DNA of 64,000 bases from Leptolyngbyaceae cyanobacterium (GCA_965263355.1 CBDHHL010000048.1:32001-96000), one strand, 5' to 3'. Numbered from the stretch's first letter, positions 1 to 11,096 are shown. Numbers and translations: made by a program. Notes: generated by a model not told the origin, from the letters alone.

Positions 1-430
1 AATCTTCAGGACGATGGTTAAGGCTTCCGGCACAGTTAAGCAACACACCACCTTGAGCTATATCGGGAGAATTAGCCAAGGTCATTAAAACTAGCAAGCC
101 ACCAATAGAATTGCCGACAAAAACCGCAGGGACACGGATATGGTGCCGCCAAAAGTCCCTCAATAATGCCTCCCAAAGATCCAGGGAGTAATCTAGAGCT
201 GGTTTTTCAGATTTCCCAAATCCCAATAAATCAAGCGCATATACCCGATAACCAGCCGCCGCTAGAACGGGTATATTTTTACGCCAATGGCCCACGGACG
301 CCCCAAAACCATGGATAAGTACTAAAGGGGTACCGTATCCTTGAAAGGTGTAATGGATATCGTAGCCTCGCCAGTGCCAACTTAAAGCAGATGAACTAGC
401 AGGTCGATCAATTATGGGTTGGCCAATCAT
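1..430 (-). CDS. Alpha/beta fold hydrolase, partial (runs off window start)
   Basis: Not in ORF track. Manual translation from ATG at 430 gives MIGQPIID...PLVLIHGFGASVGHWRKN...DLLGFGKSEKP...FVGNSIGG (HGF and GxSxG motifs). ATG overlaps the upstream TGA (ATGA). Confidence 0.9.
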   Translation of the reverse strand, partial: MIGQPIIDRPASSSALSWHWRGYDIHYTFQGYGTPLVLIHGFGASVGHWRKNIPVLAAAGYRVYALDLLGFGKSEKPALDYSLDLWEALLRDFWRHHIRVPAVFVGNSIGGLLVLMTLANSPDIAQGGVLLNCAGSLNHRPED

Positions 431-1281
431 GCCTGAAGATATGCTCTACTTTTTCTAAGCTTTTCTTCATCATATAGGTTTGTGCGCTGGCAAGATTGCC
501 GCAGACCGGAGCGCTCCAATAAGGTCGTCAACCAGCGATTAGTCTCAGGAGGCAATGGCGGGATCGGAGCCCGTTCATAATCAATAGGTAACTTGTAGGC
601 AGACTCAACACAGGCTTCATCAAGCACCCATTTGAGGTCGACGGTACAGTAGGCCTGAGCACCCGTATCATTACAGTGGCAACTTAACGGTAATTTCAGG
701 AGTGGAATCGGAGCATCAACCTGCCAAGCATACAAATCAGCCTTAGGACGTTGATCGCTACGACTCACCAAGACGCGATAATCGATATTACTAGGAGCAT
801 AGGCAGAAATAGGTTCCCACCCTCTTAGTAAATCTATTTCGACAAAGTGAGTATCACTGCCCAAAATTGCTTCACAACGCTGCTCATAGTTTTCACGACC
901 ACGTCCAGGGCGTTTTTTGCGCGGTGTTAGCACTTCAATAATGGTAACCGTCCTACCAACGTGACAATCAACAATCTCGATGTAGTCTTCCTTAACGGTT
1001 TGGGGAACAGCAATATAGGTAGGAATAGGCTGCTGTTGAGAATAATAGGAAGTACCATTGCCTCCAGAATTCTTATGGGGAACATCATTGGACAATTGGC
1101 CTACTACCAGACAGTCTTCACCGCTAACACGATAAACTCGTTTACGGATAAGGACTCTGTATCGGTCAGAGACTTCCTGCTGTAAAAAATTGGCCAATAC
1201 AGTAATCAATTGCGGATGAATTTCAGGCCAAAGGTCAGGATGCTCCAAATAAGGGTTCATGCCGGGAAATATATCAGGCAT
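427..1281 (-). CDS. DUF4058 family protein
   Basis: N-terminal FPGMNPYLEHPDLW and HFVEIDLLR motifs typical of DUF4058. Confidence 0.85.
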   Translation of the reverse strand: MPDIFPGMNPYLEHPDLWPEIHPQLITVLANFLQQEVSDRYRVLIRKRVYRVSGEDCLVVGQLSNDVPHKNSGGNGTSYYSQQQPIPTYIAVPQTVKEDYIEIVDCHVGRTVTIIEVLTPRKKRPGRGRENYEQRCEAILGSDTHFVEIDLLRGWEPISAYAPSNIDYRVLVSRSDQRPKADLYAWQVDAPIPLLKLPLSCHCNDTGAQAYCTVDLKWVLDEACVESAYKLPIDYERAPIPPLPPETNRWLTTLLERSGLRQSCQRTNLYDEEKLRKSRAYLQA

Positions 1282-1618
1282 TAACTATCCTCTAAATGGT
1301 CGATAGCTGAAAATGGTCAATAGCCGAGCGTTATAAGAAATCAATCAAAATCAGGCCTATGGTCCTGTTGCCAAACAAATCGCCTGAAGGGAACCTCATG
1401 AAATTTTAGCAAGTAGCCATAGCAGTATCCAGAAAATGCTCGTAGTTAAGAACATTGTAGCGTATGAATTCCCCTGGAAAACCACAGATACTTAACTATG
1501 AGTAAAATAAAGATTTTATAAAGCTACCCATGATGAGAGCGGACAGGCGGCCAAAAAAGATAAGTCATCTTTGCAAGCTATAAGGATTTCATAAACCCTT
1601 TTCACGATACTTATCAAG

Positions 1619-1654
1619 TAAACAGGATTTTAGGATTAAACAGGATTTTAGGAT
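1619..1654. repeat. 18-bp perfect tandem duplication
   Basis: TAAACAGGATTTTAGGAT x2. Confidence 0.9.
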
Positions 1655-1723
1655 TTTTCTAGTAAGCTCCACATATCGTTAAAAAAATAAATCTTGGTTC
1701 ACTGGATCACTTTGTAAAGGATT

Positions 1724-2146
1724 ATGGAAATTTCAAGCAATATATGGGTACTAATTGTTGTGATTTTCTTAATTTTGGGCACTGGGGGGTGGGCGATCGC
1801 AGTTGCCACCTTCCGACCTCTAGGGAAAAAAATACCCTTCACCACACCAATCAGCGATTTATCAATCCCCATTAGTGGCGAAGCACGTCATCAATTCAAT
1901 CAAGGCATATGGTCTTATCGTGAAAGAGCCTATGCTCGCGCGATTGATTGCTTTACCAGCGTGATCAAATGTGAACCCACTCTTCCTGAAGCATTTCACA
2001 ACCGGGCTCGTGCCCAGGCCAATCTTGCCAAAAAGCAGGAAGCTGCGACCGACTTCGTCACAGCTAGCAACATTTATCGTCGTCAGGGTAGCCGAGAAGG
2101 CATTGATTGGATTAAAACAGACTTAGGCATTCTGAATAAGCTCTAA
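1724..2146 (+). CDS. Membrane-anchored TPR protein
   Basis: N-terminal hydrophobic helix followed by TPR-like YARAIDCF...EAFHNRA. Confidence 0.8.
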   Translation: MEISSNIWVLIVVIFLILGTGGWAIAVATFRPLGKKIPFTTPISDLSIPISGEARHQFNQGIWSYRERAYARAIDCFTSVIKCEPTLPEAFHNRARAQANLAKKQEAATDFVTASNIYRRQGSREGIDWIKTDLGILNKL

Positions 2147-2395
2147 ATTCCTTAAACACCTTCAGGAAAATAGTTATTTGGATAGAGCAGGACGCAAGTT
2201 TATGGGTTAGCAATTTTCAGGCAAGTTTTGGGTACTCCTGATAAAAAGGATTTGAAGTTGTAGTAAATACCTATTTGTATTGAACGTTTAACTTACAAAT
2301 TTTGTTAAATTGCAAACATACTAAGGGGTGTTCTGAAGATTTTTTCTACAGTTTGCAGGGTTTTTTGCAGGGCAGCATATTTATCATGCCAGCAC

Positions 2396-2409
2396 TGTAC
2401 TAATGTTCT
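2396..2409 (+). promoter_or_regulatory. Candidate cyanobacterial LexA box
   Basis: TGTACTAATGTTCT matches RGTACNNNDGTWCB except at position 1; about 70 bp upstream of the uxs start. Confidence 0.5.
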
Positions 2410-2478
2410 AGCATTAGCAATGCCCTCGGATTATAAATATTTCACGCTGTATTAGTGTTTTACTAGTTCAAAGGTATT

Positions 2479-3447
2479 ATGCGAATTTTGGTAACCGGTG
2501 GAGCTGGTTTTATTGGTTCTCATCTGATTGATCGACTTATAGCAGCCGAGCATGAGGTAATCTGCTTAGACAACTTTTATACGGGTCGTAAACAGAATGT
2601 TTTGCAGTGGTTAAGCCACCCTAAATTTGAGTTGATTCGCCACGATGTTACTGAGCCGATCCGCCTGGAAGTTGATCAGATTTATCACCTCGCCTGCCCT
2701 GCGTCACCGGTCCACTATCAATACAATCCGGTAAAAACCATCAAAACTAATGTGATGGGCACCCTTAATATGCTGGGCTTAGCTAAGCGTGTCAAAGCAA
2801 GGTTTTTCCTAGCTTCCACATCTGAAGTGTATGGCGATCCTGAAGTACACCCTCAGCCAGAAGAATATCGGGGCAATGTTAATACTATTGGGATTCGTAG
2901 CTGTTACGACGAAGGAAAACGCGTTGCTGAAACGCTTGCTTTTGACTATCATCGCCAAAACGATGTGGATATTCGGGTAGTTCGAATTTTTAACACCTAC
3001 GGTCCTAGAATGTTGGAAAACGACGGTCGGGTAGTCAGCAACTTTATTGTACAAGCCCTGCAGGGTATTCCTCTAACCGTATACGGTGATGGTTCTCAAA
3101 CTCGTAGTTTTTGCTATGTTTCCGATTTAGTTGAGGGCTTTATTCGGTTAATGAATGGTGACTACATTGGCCCTATGAATTTAGGCAATCCAGGTGAATA
3201 CACCATTCTAGAACTAGCTCAGTCTGTTCAGAAAATGATCAACCCTGATGCTGAGTTAAAGTTTGAGCCTCTGCCTCAGGATGATCCACGTCGTCGTCAG
3301 CCTGATATTACAAAGGCCAAAACCATGTTGAATTGGGAGCCAACTGTGCCACTTCACGAAGGTTTAGAACTAACGATTGCAGATTTTAGACATCGTCTAG
3401 ATGCATCGGGCAAACTGGCATTATCGACAGCAACCTCTTCTTCTTAG
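2479..3447 (+). CDS. uxs: UDP-glucuronate decarboxylase (UDP-xylose synthase)
   Basis: [24 protein letters not shown] and CYDEGKR motifs. Confidence 0.93.
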   Translation: MRILVTGGAGFIGSHLIDRLIAAEHEVICLDNFYTGRKQNVLQWLSHPKFELIRHDVTEPIRLEVDQIYHLACPASPVHYQYNPVKTIKTNVMGTLNMLGLAKRVKARFFLASTSEVYGDPEVHPQPEEYRGNVNTIGIRSCYDEGKRVAETLAFDYHRQNDVDIRVVRIFNTYGPRMLENDGRVVSNFIVQALQGIPLTVYGDGSQTRSFCYVSDLVEGFIRLMNGDYIGPMNLGNPGEYTILELAQSVQKMINPDAELKFEPLPQDDPRRRQPDITKAKTMLNWEPTVPLHEGLELTIADFRHRLDASGKLALSTATSSS

Positions 3448-3602
3448 ATGTTTTTTGGCTTGGATTATAGTTGAGACAATTTTCTGCTTGCCAAGCTATT
3501 ACCTTGGCAAGGGTTTTGCCCAAACATCCTAGGTTTGGAAAGCAGTTTCCTTTCTTAGAACTACATTCAGTAGAGCTATTTTTTTGATTAAGGAGTATTT
3601 AT

Positions 3603-4982
3603 ATGCGTGTTTGCGTTATTGGTACAGGCTATGTTGGCTTGGTTACGGGTGTCTGCCTATCCCACATTGGTCACGAGGTTATTTGCGTTGACAATAATGA
3701 GGAAAAGGTTAAGCTGATGCAGTCAGGGCAGTCCCCTATTTTTGAACCAGGACTATCCGAGTTAATGCAGTCTTCTATGGAAGCTGGTCGCCTTACATTT
3801 ACGTCTGACCTTGGTGCAGGCGTATCCCATGGAGATATCTTATTCATTGCTGTTGGTACACCACCTCTACCCACAGGGGAAAGTGATACTCGTTATGTTG
3901 AGGCAGTAGCTCGGGGCATTGGTGAGCATCTAAATGGTGGTTACAAGGTAATTGTTAACAAGTCCACAGTTCCTATCGGTTCAGGTGATTGGGTGCGCAT
4001 GATTGTTATGGATGGCATTGCTGAACGTCAGCAAATTCCAGTGGGCGCTGGAGTTCCTGCTAGCCAGCCCGAGGCACCTATGTTTGATGTCGTTAGCAAT
4101 CCTGAGTTTCTACGTGAAGGCTCAGCTGTCTATGACACCTTTAATCCTGATCGGATTGTTCTTGGTGGCAGCAATCCCAAAGCAATTGCCATGATGAAGG
4201 AGCTTTATGAACCCATCGTAGAACGTAAATTTGCCGAGGATCAAGATGCGCCTCAAGTACCCATTTTGGTAACCGATCTTAGCTCAGCTGAAATGGTTAA
4301 GTATGCATCCAACGCCTTTTTGGCCACTAAGATTAGCTTTATCAATGAAGTGGCTAATATTTGCGATCGCGTCGGGGCTGATGTGGTTCAAGTTGCCCAG
4401 GGTATTGGTTTAGATTCCCGCATCGGCAGTAAGTTTTTGCAAGCAGGCATTGGCTGGGGTGGTTCTTGCTTTCCCAAAGATGTCTCGGCTCTATTGCACA
4501 CTGCTGACGACTATGGTTATGAGGCACAGTTGCTACGGGCCACGATTGATGTCAACACCCGCCAACGACTGCTTTCCCTTGAGAAACTACAGCAGATGCT
4601 TAAAATCTTGAAGGGTAAGACAGTTGGACTGCTTGGTTTAACCTTTAAGCCTGACACTGATGACATGCGTGATGCTCCTTCCTTGATTTTGATTGAGCAC
4701 CTCAATCGTTTGGGAGCGAAGGTAAAAGCCTACGACCCAATTGTTTCCCAAAATGGTATGCGTAACGGCATGACTGGTGTAATTGTGGAAACTGATGTTG
4801 AGCGTCTAGCCGATGGCTGCGATGCTCTAGTACTAGTAACCGACTGGAAACAGTTTAAGGATTTGGATTACGGCAAAATGGCTAGCCTAATGCACACACC
4901 AAATCTAATTGATGGTCGAAATTTCCTTGATCGTAAGATCCTAGAAGACGCTGGATTCACTTACTGCGGTGTTGGTCATTAG
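3603..4982 (+). CDS. ugd: UDP-glucose 6-dehydrogenase
   Basis: GTGYVG, SNPEFLREG, GGSCFPKD; AAGGAG RBS. Confidence 0.95.
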   Translation: MRVCVIGTGYVGLVTGVCLSHIGHEVICVDNNEEKVKLMQSGQSPIFEPGLSELMQSSMEAGRLTFTSDLGAGVSHGDILFIAVGTPPLPTGESDTRYVEAVARGIGEHLNGGYKVIVNKSTVPIGSGDWVRMIVMDGIAERQQIPVGAGVPASQPEAPMFDVVSNPEFLREGSAVYDTFNPDRIVLGGSNPKAIAMMKELYEPIVERKFAEDQDAPQVPILVTDLSSAEMVKYASNAFLATKISFINEVANICDRVGADVVQVAQGIGLDSRIGSKFLQAGIGWGGSCFPKDVSALLHTADDYGYEAQLLRATIDVNTRQRLLSLEKLQQMLKILKGKTVGLLGLTFKPDTDDMRDAPSLILIEHLNRLGAKVKAYDPIVSQNGMRNGMTGVIVETDVERLADGCDALVLVTDWKQFKDLDYGKMASLMHTPNLIDGRNFLDRKILEDAGFTYCGVGH

Positions 4983-5046
4983 CTTTCTATAGCGAAGCTT
5001 ACAGCTAATCTTGCTCAGTAATTGGCTTTACTAATTTCTACTAATT

Positions 5047-5082
5047 TTAAAGGGCCGGTGCCTATGGGTAACGGTCCTTTAA
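5047..5082. terminator. Hairpin between convergent ugd and the YbjN-like gene
   Basis: TTAAAGGGCCG...CGGTCCTTTAA imperfect inverted repeat. Confidence 0.5.
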
Positions 5083-5132
5083 GCGTCATGGCGTTTAGTA
5101 ACCGCAGTCTCCAATCAAAAATTCCTCAGCAA

Positions 5133-5594
5133 TCAGGCTCTAGCATCGGGCGATGCCCAGCGATCAAGCGCTCGCTTTCCACCCCATCGGGCAACAATTT
5201 CGTCATCATAGTCATCCGCTAGCCGCACCACAGTGGTGACTGAATGCTTAAGTTCAATGCGATCGCATGTAGAACCTACCAGACTATGTTCAAAGACAAT
5301 ATCGTCTTCACTATCGAGGGCAAAGCGGCCAAATAGGATATTGTCATTAGCTCGCAGCAAATAATACGTCAGCTCAGATGTAGCATCTACATTAGTGACC
5401 ACATAGGATCGTGTGGTAATCAGCGCTTCATTTTCCCCCCAGGGAACCACACGAGTAGAAGCCACCGCTGAACCAATAGTAATAATAAATAATGGTTCGT
5501 CCTCAAATGCTACCGTCGCTTCCCCAAATAGCTCATCCATCCAGGGGGCAATGCGTTCGTAGCAAGTTTTTTGAGCTGAACTTTGAAAATCCAT
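5133..5594 (-). CDS. YbjN / T3SS-chaperone-like domain protein
   Basis: YLLRAN..FGRFALD...VVRLADDYDDEI pattern; likely start MDFQSS at 5594. Confidence 0.8.
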   Translation of the reverse strand: MDFQSSAQKTCYERIAPWMDELFGEATVAFEDEPLFIITIGSAVASTRVVPWGENEALITTRSYVVTNVDATSELTYYLLRANDNILFGRFALDSEDDIVFEHSLVGSTCDRIELKHSVTTVVRLADDYDDEIVARWGGKRALDRWASPDARA

Positions 5595-5895
5595 GGAGCG
5601 GCAGCAAGATCGACAACGATGGGAGATGTTGAGCAACATCCAAACAATATTCTCTCACCTATGTTTTACAGGTGCGCAAAAGTTTCTTGATGATATTAAA
5701 CCTTGTCCATGTCCAGAACAGTGGTTTTCCCGTTAAAGAATCTACAGGTCGGACATGGATTGCTAAACCAAAAGAGTAATTCATACCTTAGTTAAGCTCT
5801 ATAGTTTTCGTTACGGTAAAACGAGGTGACTGAAGATTAGCAAGGTTTATTACACTTAGAGAGTTTGCAATCGTCGGTCTAATATAAAAACTAAT

Positions 5896-7311
5896 TTGAC
5901 TAATTTGTCTGATTTACCATCAGAGTCATCCCTAGATAACCTGGCAGAACTTGACCAAATTGCGGTGGAAGTTCACTACAAGCAAGCCCAAGCCAGCCTG
6001 AAACAGGTCATTGACGGTTTAGATTTAACTCCCCGAGAACGTGAGGGGCTACAGCCCGAAATTGATAGCCTACTTGGGTTACAAAAAAAGCTAGCCCAGG
6101 GAAAACTGCACCTAGCCGTTTTTGGCATGGTCGGTCGAGGTAAATCATCACTCCTCAATGCCCTTATTGGACAACCCATTTTTACTGCAGGGCCACTCCA
6201 TGGAGTCACACAGAATGTAGCGAGTGTAGACTGGCAAGTCGTCCAGAACCATGGCTCCATTCAAAGGGTATCCTGCCAGAATAAAACGGCAGCTCCCATA
6301 GAACTCATTGACACACCAGGTATTGATGAGGTTGGTGGTGAACAACGCCAGTACTTAGCCAAGCGTGTAGCCCAGCAAAGCGATTTAATTTTATTTGTGG
6401 TTTCAACTGATCTTACGCAAGTAGAATACGATGCCTTAGACTGGCTACGACATGCTGGCAAACCAATTTTACTAGTTTTCAATAAAGCGGATCAGTACTC
6501 GACCGCAGAGCAAACACTATTACTGGAAAAAATACAGCAAAGAGTTATCCCACTTAGTATTTTGCCAGAGGATATTGTTATGGCCGCCGCCGCCCCTTTA
6601 AGTACCACAGTTGTACAGGCACCCGACGGCAAGAGACAGCATCGACGCATCCGAGGCACACCAAATATTCAAGCTCTCAAATTAAAAATACTAGATGTTT
6701 TAGAACGGGAGGGAAAAGCATTGATTGCCCTCAATACCCTTCTATACACGGACGATATACAAACTAAACTCGTTACCCGTAAACTTGAAATTCGCCAGCG
6801 CCGTGCTGATGATTTGATCTGGCAAACAGCTCTGGCCAAAGCAGTGGCAGTTGCGGTCAACCCTCTTTTACTAGCTGATGTTCTGAGCGGAGTGACAGTG
6901 GATTTAGGGCTAGTAATTGGCCTTTCAAAGCTATATGGCCTGCCAATGACTCAGCAAGAATCCCTAAAACTGTTACAGACAATTGCGATCGCAACCGGTA
7001 GTTTATCCATTAGCGAATTACTGATCACCTTAGGTCTAAGTTCTTTGAAAAGCATTTTAGGGGCTGCTGGCCTGGCAACAGGTGGCCTGAGCTTGGCTCC
7101 CTATTTTTCAGTGGCACTCACCCAGGCCATCGTAGCTGGTTTCGCCACCTATGCCATCGGTCAAGTTACACGCACCTATTTGATTAACGGAGCCAATTGG
7201 GGAAATGAGGGACCTAAGGCAGCTATTGCTAATATTGTCAATGATTTGGATGAGGCTTCTATCATGGCTCGCCTAAAGCGTGAATTAAACCAAAAACTCC
7301 ATCGGGGTTAG
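5896..7311 (+). CDS. GTP-binding protein with C-terminal DUF697
   Basis: G1 GMVGRGKS, G3 DTPG, G4 NKAD; hydrophobic C-terminal domain. Confidence 0.88.
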   Translation: MTNLSDLPSESSLDNLAELDQIAVEVHYKQAQASLKQVIDGLDLTPREREGLQPEIDSLLGLQKKLAQGKLHLAVFGMVGRGKSSLLNALIGQPIFTAGPLHGVTQNVASVDWQVVQNHGSIQRVSCQNKTAAPIELIDTPGIDEVGGEQRQYLAKRVAQQSDLILFVVSTDLTQVEYDALDWLRHAGKPILLVFNKADQYSTAEQTLLLEKIQQRVIPLSILPEDIVMAAAAPLSTTVVQAPDGKRQHRRIRGTPNIQALKLKILDVLEREGKALIALNTLLYTDDIQTKLVTRKLEIRQRRADDLIWQTALAKAVAVAVNPLLLADVLSGVTVDLGLVIGLSKLYGLPMTQQESLKLLQTIAIATGSLSISELLITLGLSSLKSILGAAGLATGGLSLAPYFSVALTQAIVAGFATYAIGQVTRTYLINGANWGNEGPKAAIANIVNDLDEASIMARLKRELNQKLHRG

Positions 7312-7481
7312 CACTGATACAATTTAGGGCTTTAGCAATGCGGCAATGTTTACAGCTAACCACTCACGTCAAAAACACTCTTCATCACTTAGTTTTAGAA
7401 AACTACATGTTTCTACAGGCTTACTTGAGCTGATGCTTCTCTATCGCTAAACTATATCGGTCAATTGATTAGCCATTGCCC

Positions 7482-8204
7482 ATGCATCGGTTTACTGTCG
7501 AAGTAATTTCCCAAACCCCCAATCCTCAGCAGACTATTTACGCTGCTATGCACCAAGACTATGCTGAAGGATTTGTTTGGAACGAGCGGCAAGACTGGCC
7601 CTCGGAAGAGAAATGCGGTGAGCTAATCATTCGTAATCTGCTTAAAGGTGGGCGAGGTCATTATGGCCCTTTAGAACATCCACAAATTGTATTGAACTGC
7701 GGATGGTTACCTCATTCAACCATGCAGCAGATTCGCACCCATCGGGTAGGTGTGTCGTTTGACGTTCAATCTTTTCGCTACACAGGCTCCCGAATTTTAG
7801 ATGTTGTCACTGGCAAACGGTCTGTGGAAGAGGTCTTTTATCTTCGACCTGTCGGAGACTATAACGATCGACAAGGCAAAAAGTATACTTACACGGAAGA
7901 CCTACGACAGCAAGATATCAACTGGTGTTTAGAGGCATGCGATCGCTACAAAACGCGAATCGGTCAAGGTTTTTCTGAAGAGCATGCGCGGGGACTCATT
8001 CCTTTCGATGTAAGACAACACTGGGTAATGTCAGCTAATGCACGCTCCTTAATGCATCTCTTAGATCTTCGCTGGAAAGCTGATGCGCAATTGGAAGCTC
8101 AAAAGCTCTGTGAAATAATCTGGCCCCATTTTCAAGGGTGGGTACCTGCGCTTTCAAACTGGTACGAAACCACCCGCCTCAAAAAAGCCCGTCTTGCACC
8201 CTAG
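7482..8204 (+). CDS. thyX: FAD-dependent thymidylate synthase
   Basis: GHYGPLEH, RTHRVGVSFDVQSFRY, NARSLMHLLDLR..DAQLE. Confidence 0.93.
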   Translation: MHRFTVEVISQTPNPQQTIYAAMHQDYAEGFVWNERQDWPSEEKCGELIIRNLLKGGRGHYGPLEHPQIVLNCGWLPHSTMQQIRTHRVGVSFDVQSFRYTGSRILDVVTGKRSVEEVFYLRPVGDYNDRQGKKYTYTEDLRQQDINWCLEACDRYKTRIGQGFSEEHARGLIPFDVRQHWVMSANARSLMHLLDLRWKADAQLEAQKLCEIIWPHFQGWVPALSNWYETTRLKKARLAP

Positions 8205-8376
8205 ATACATTTCTAATCTTTCAAGTTCACTTTTCGATTCATTAACTTGAATGTACTAGTTCTCAACTTTTATAACCCAACCTAAGGAAGCCTTTCAATA
8301 CCTTGCATACAAATGCAATTTTCAACCATACCCAATAAACTTAGATTGCTGAAATAGGCCTAATGGATGATGGCAT

Positions 8377-8760
8377 ATGGGCAGCTCTAACGGTTACATA
8401 CTATTTCTGAGACAACACCATGGAACAGATCCCATGGTCCAGTCGCTTTCTAACCAGATTGAGGGCTCTCTTTTTGTGGCCCATTCAGTGGATCAGGCAG
8501 TTGCTCGCATTGAACAAAGCATCCCTTACCTAGTCATTCTCTCAGGTACCCACCAAAACTGGTCGCAAGCCTTTGTAAATCGCCTAAGAGAAACCGTCAA
8601 ACCTCTAGGGACAACTATCGTAGCGCTTACTCAGTCCCATGAACCCAATTGGCAGCTCCAGGAAGAACATCCAGGAATTGATGGTTTCCTTGTCGAACCC
8701 ATTAGTAATGATGTCTTAAATCTCCTAGTTGAATCAGCTGTTGCTAAAGCTGTCCTCTAG
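8377..8760 (+). CDS. Single-domain receiver-like (pseudo-receiver) protein
   Basis: Receiver-fold pattern PYLVILSG / TIVALT / IDGFLVEPI. Confidence 0.7.
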   Translation: MGSSNGYILFLRQHHGTDPMVQSLSNQIEGSLFVAHSVDQAVARIEQSIPYLVILSGTHQNWSQAFVNRLRETVKPLGTTIVALTQSHEPNWQLQEEHPGIDGFLVEPISNDVLNLLVESAVAKAVL

Positions 8761-8830
8761 CTTATGTTAATTCAACCCAACATCGCAGTTTTTACAGATC
8801 ACTGGCAGGATTTAGCAGATTAGTTTTTTT

Positions 8831-8969
8831 GAGTACCAACTTAAAGCAGGAAGTTTTCCCAAGGATAGATGTCAGAAGTCAGGAACCAGAAGCCATATCC
8901 CTTATCCATTCTGGCTCCTGGATTCTAGATTCCTAGTTAACCAGAATTTGCCGGCTTGAGTGGATACCC
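8831..8969. mobile_element. Degenerate MITE-like element
   Basis: 25-bp terminal inverted repeats (16/25 match) flanked by an 8-bp direct repeat GTTTTTTT (8823-8830, 8970-8977); internal inverted heptamer repeats. Confidence 0.6.
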
Positions 8970-9077
8970 GTTTTTTTCAAACACAGGAAGTCCAGCAGGT
9001 TCTATACCAAGATTTGATAGTAGGCTTACAGCAGCGGTTATTTCTATATCCTTAATTATTCCTATGTCCTTAAATTT

Positions 9078-9329
9078 GTGACATCCAAATCGTTCAAATC
9101 TCAGCGCATCCACCAGTTCAAGTTTTGGCTAGATCAAGACTTGCAAGATGGTATGAAATATCAATATGCTCTTTTTCAGCGGATTCAGACTCTGGACAAC
9201 GGCAAGCGCAGTCAGATTTATCAGCAAGCCAGTGAACTGGCTAAGAATGGGGCAGATATATTAGTGACTTACGAAGCAAAAACTTGTCACCTCTGGCTCA
9301 ACCTCAAACATAAGTCACCAGGCAAATGA
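9078..9329 (+). CDS. Small hypothetical protein
   Basis: 83-aa ORF with protein-like composition (FKFW...CHLWLNL); GTG start uncertain. Confidence 0.65.
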   Translation: MTSKSFKSQRIHQFKFWLDQDLQDGMKYQYALFQRIQTLDNGKRSQIYQQASELAKNGADILVTYEAKTCHLWLNLKHKSPGK

Positions 9330-9917
9330 ACTTAATAAGCTGCGAGCACAGTAGAGAGACTAAACTGCATTTTTTGCAGTCACTCTTTGCTAACACAGCA
9401 AACGTTGAGTATAACACATAAAACCTTTATATTTTATTTGGTTTTTGATAGACAATATTAATGTGTACATTGATACCATTCTTTAAGCCTTGGAATATAA
9501 GGGTTTAAGCATAGGTAGTGTTTACAGAAAGCTAGGAATTTATGACAACTTGCCAAAATTCCTCTGGGCGTTTTACTGAAAAGCGTGTTACTACTGTAGA
9601 AACACGGATAATCTTCGTAATTGGTTCAACGTTTTTACATTGGTGGTGAAATTTCGAGCTTTGCACACTATGGAGTTTTTATTCAAAGTGTTGGCGAATG
9701 TGTACCGTTGTAAGCAATGGACTTACTTATTGCGTTGCCTGTTTATCCTAGTCAGACAAGTTTTTCACTAATTAATAGGCTTGATGGTATTCATACGGCT
9801 GTCTTAACACCGTTGATTGTTGAGCATTTTCGGTATGGGCCCATTAGGATTTTGTGATTTACTGTCCTGATATCTTGATCTGTTTCATTTTCGTTTAGGG
9901 AATACGAGGAAAGCGGC

Positions 9918-11042
9918 ATGACCCAAGCAAATACCGTCCTTGAGGACTTGAGGCCCAGAAATGAGCTGGATTCGTTAATCGATCCTGAGGCTGGGAAACC
10001 TTTTTCAAGTTCCGAGGAAGAGATCCAGGGTACTAAAGCTGCTAAAGGTGCATCTCGACGTCGTAATTCATCATCAGCTCAGTCAAAGAAAAAGCACTAT
10101 ACTGAGGATTCTATCCGGCTTTATCTTCAGGAAATTGGGCGTATCCGTCTACTCAGAGCAGAGGAAGAAATTGAACTAGCTCGGAAAATTGCTGATTTAC
10201 TTGAGCTTGAGCGGATTCGAGATGATTTATCGGATGGTATGGATCACGAACCTGACGATGCTGATTGGGCGGCAGCTGTTGATATGCCCTTACCAGCATT
10301 CCGTCGACGACTTCACCTAGGGCGACGTGCTAAGGACAAGATGGTACAGTCAAACTTACGTTTGGTAGTTTCCATCGCTAAAAAATATATGAATCGTGGT
10401 CTATCTTTCCAGGATCTAATTCAGGAAGGTAGCTTGGGTTTAATTCGTGCTGCTGAAAAGTTTGACCATGAAAAAGGTTATAAGTTTTCAACTTACGCAA
10501 CATGGTGGATTCGTCAAGCAATTACGCGAGCAATTGCTGACCAATCCCGCACTATTCGTCTACCTGTCCACCTTTACGAGACTATCTCACGCATCAAAAA
10601 GACTACAAAACTTTTGTCTCAAGAGTTAGGGCGCAAACCAACTGAGGAAGAGATTGCGACCCGGATGGAAATGACTATTGAGAAGCTACGGTTTATCGCT
10701 AAATCTGCTCAGTTGCCTATTTCCTTAGAAACTCCCATTGGCAAGGAAGAGGACTCTCGTCTAGGTGACTTTATTGAGTCCGACGGTGAAACCCCTGAAG
10801 ATGAAGTTTCAAAAAGCCTGTTACGTGAAGACTTGGAAGGTGTCCTGAGTACCCTCAGCCCTCGTGAACGTGATGTTTTGAGATTACGCTATGGTTTAGA
10901 TGATGGTCGCATGAAAACATTGGAAGAAATTGGTCAGATTTTCAATGTTACTCGTGAACGGATTCGCCAAATTGAGGCGAAGGCGCTTCGGAAGTTGCGT
11001 CATCCTAATCGAAATAGTGTTCTCAAAGAATATATTCGCTAA
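9918..11042 (+). CDS. rpoD: Principal RNA polymerase sigma factor (SigA/RpoD)
   Basis: [35 protein letters not shown], region 4 [19 protein letters not shown]. Confidence 0.97.
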   Translation: MTQANTVLEDLRPRNELDSLIDPEAGKPFSSSEEEIQGTKAAKGASRRRNSSSAQSKKKHYTEDSIRLYLQEIGRIRLLRAEEEIELARKIADLLELERIRDDLSDGMDHEPDDADWAAAVDMPLPAFRRRLHLGRRAKDKMVQSNLRLVVSIAKKYMNRGLSFQDLIQEGSLGLIRAAEKFDHEKGYKFSTYATWWIRQAITRAIADQSRTIRLPVHLYETISRIKKTTKLLSQELGRKPTEEEIATRMEMTIEKLRFIAKSAQLPISLETPIGKEEDSRLGDFIESDGETPEDEVSKSLLREDLEGVLSTLSPRERDVLRLRYGLDDGRMKTLEEIGQIFNVTRERIRQIEAKALRKLRHPNRNSVLKEYIR

Positions 11043-11096
11043 TCTCAAAAGACTCAAAGTTAAAAACAAGTTGAGTTGTTGAAAATTAATCTATTC

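Noticed and set aside
8252..8263. TGTACTAGTTCT as a LexA box
   Set aside because: Half-site spacing is two bases too short.
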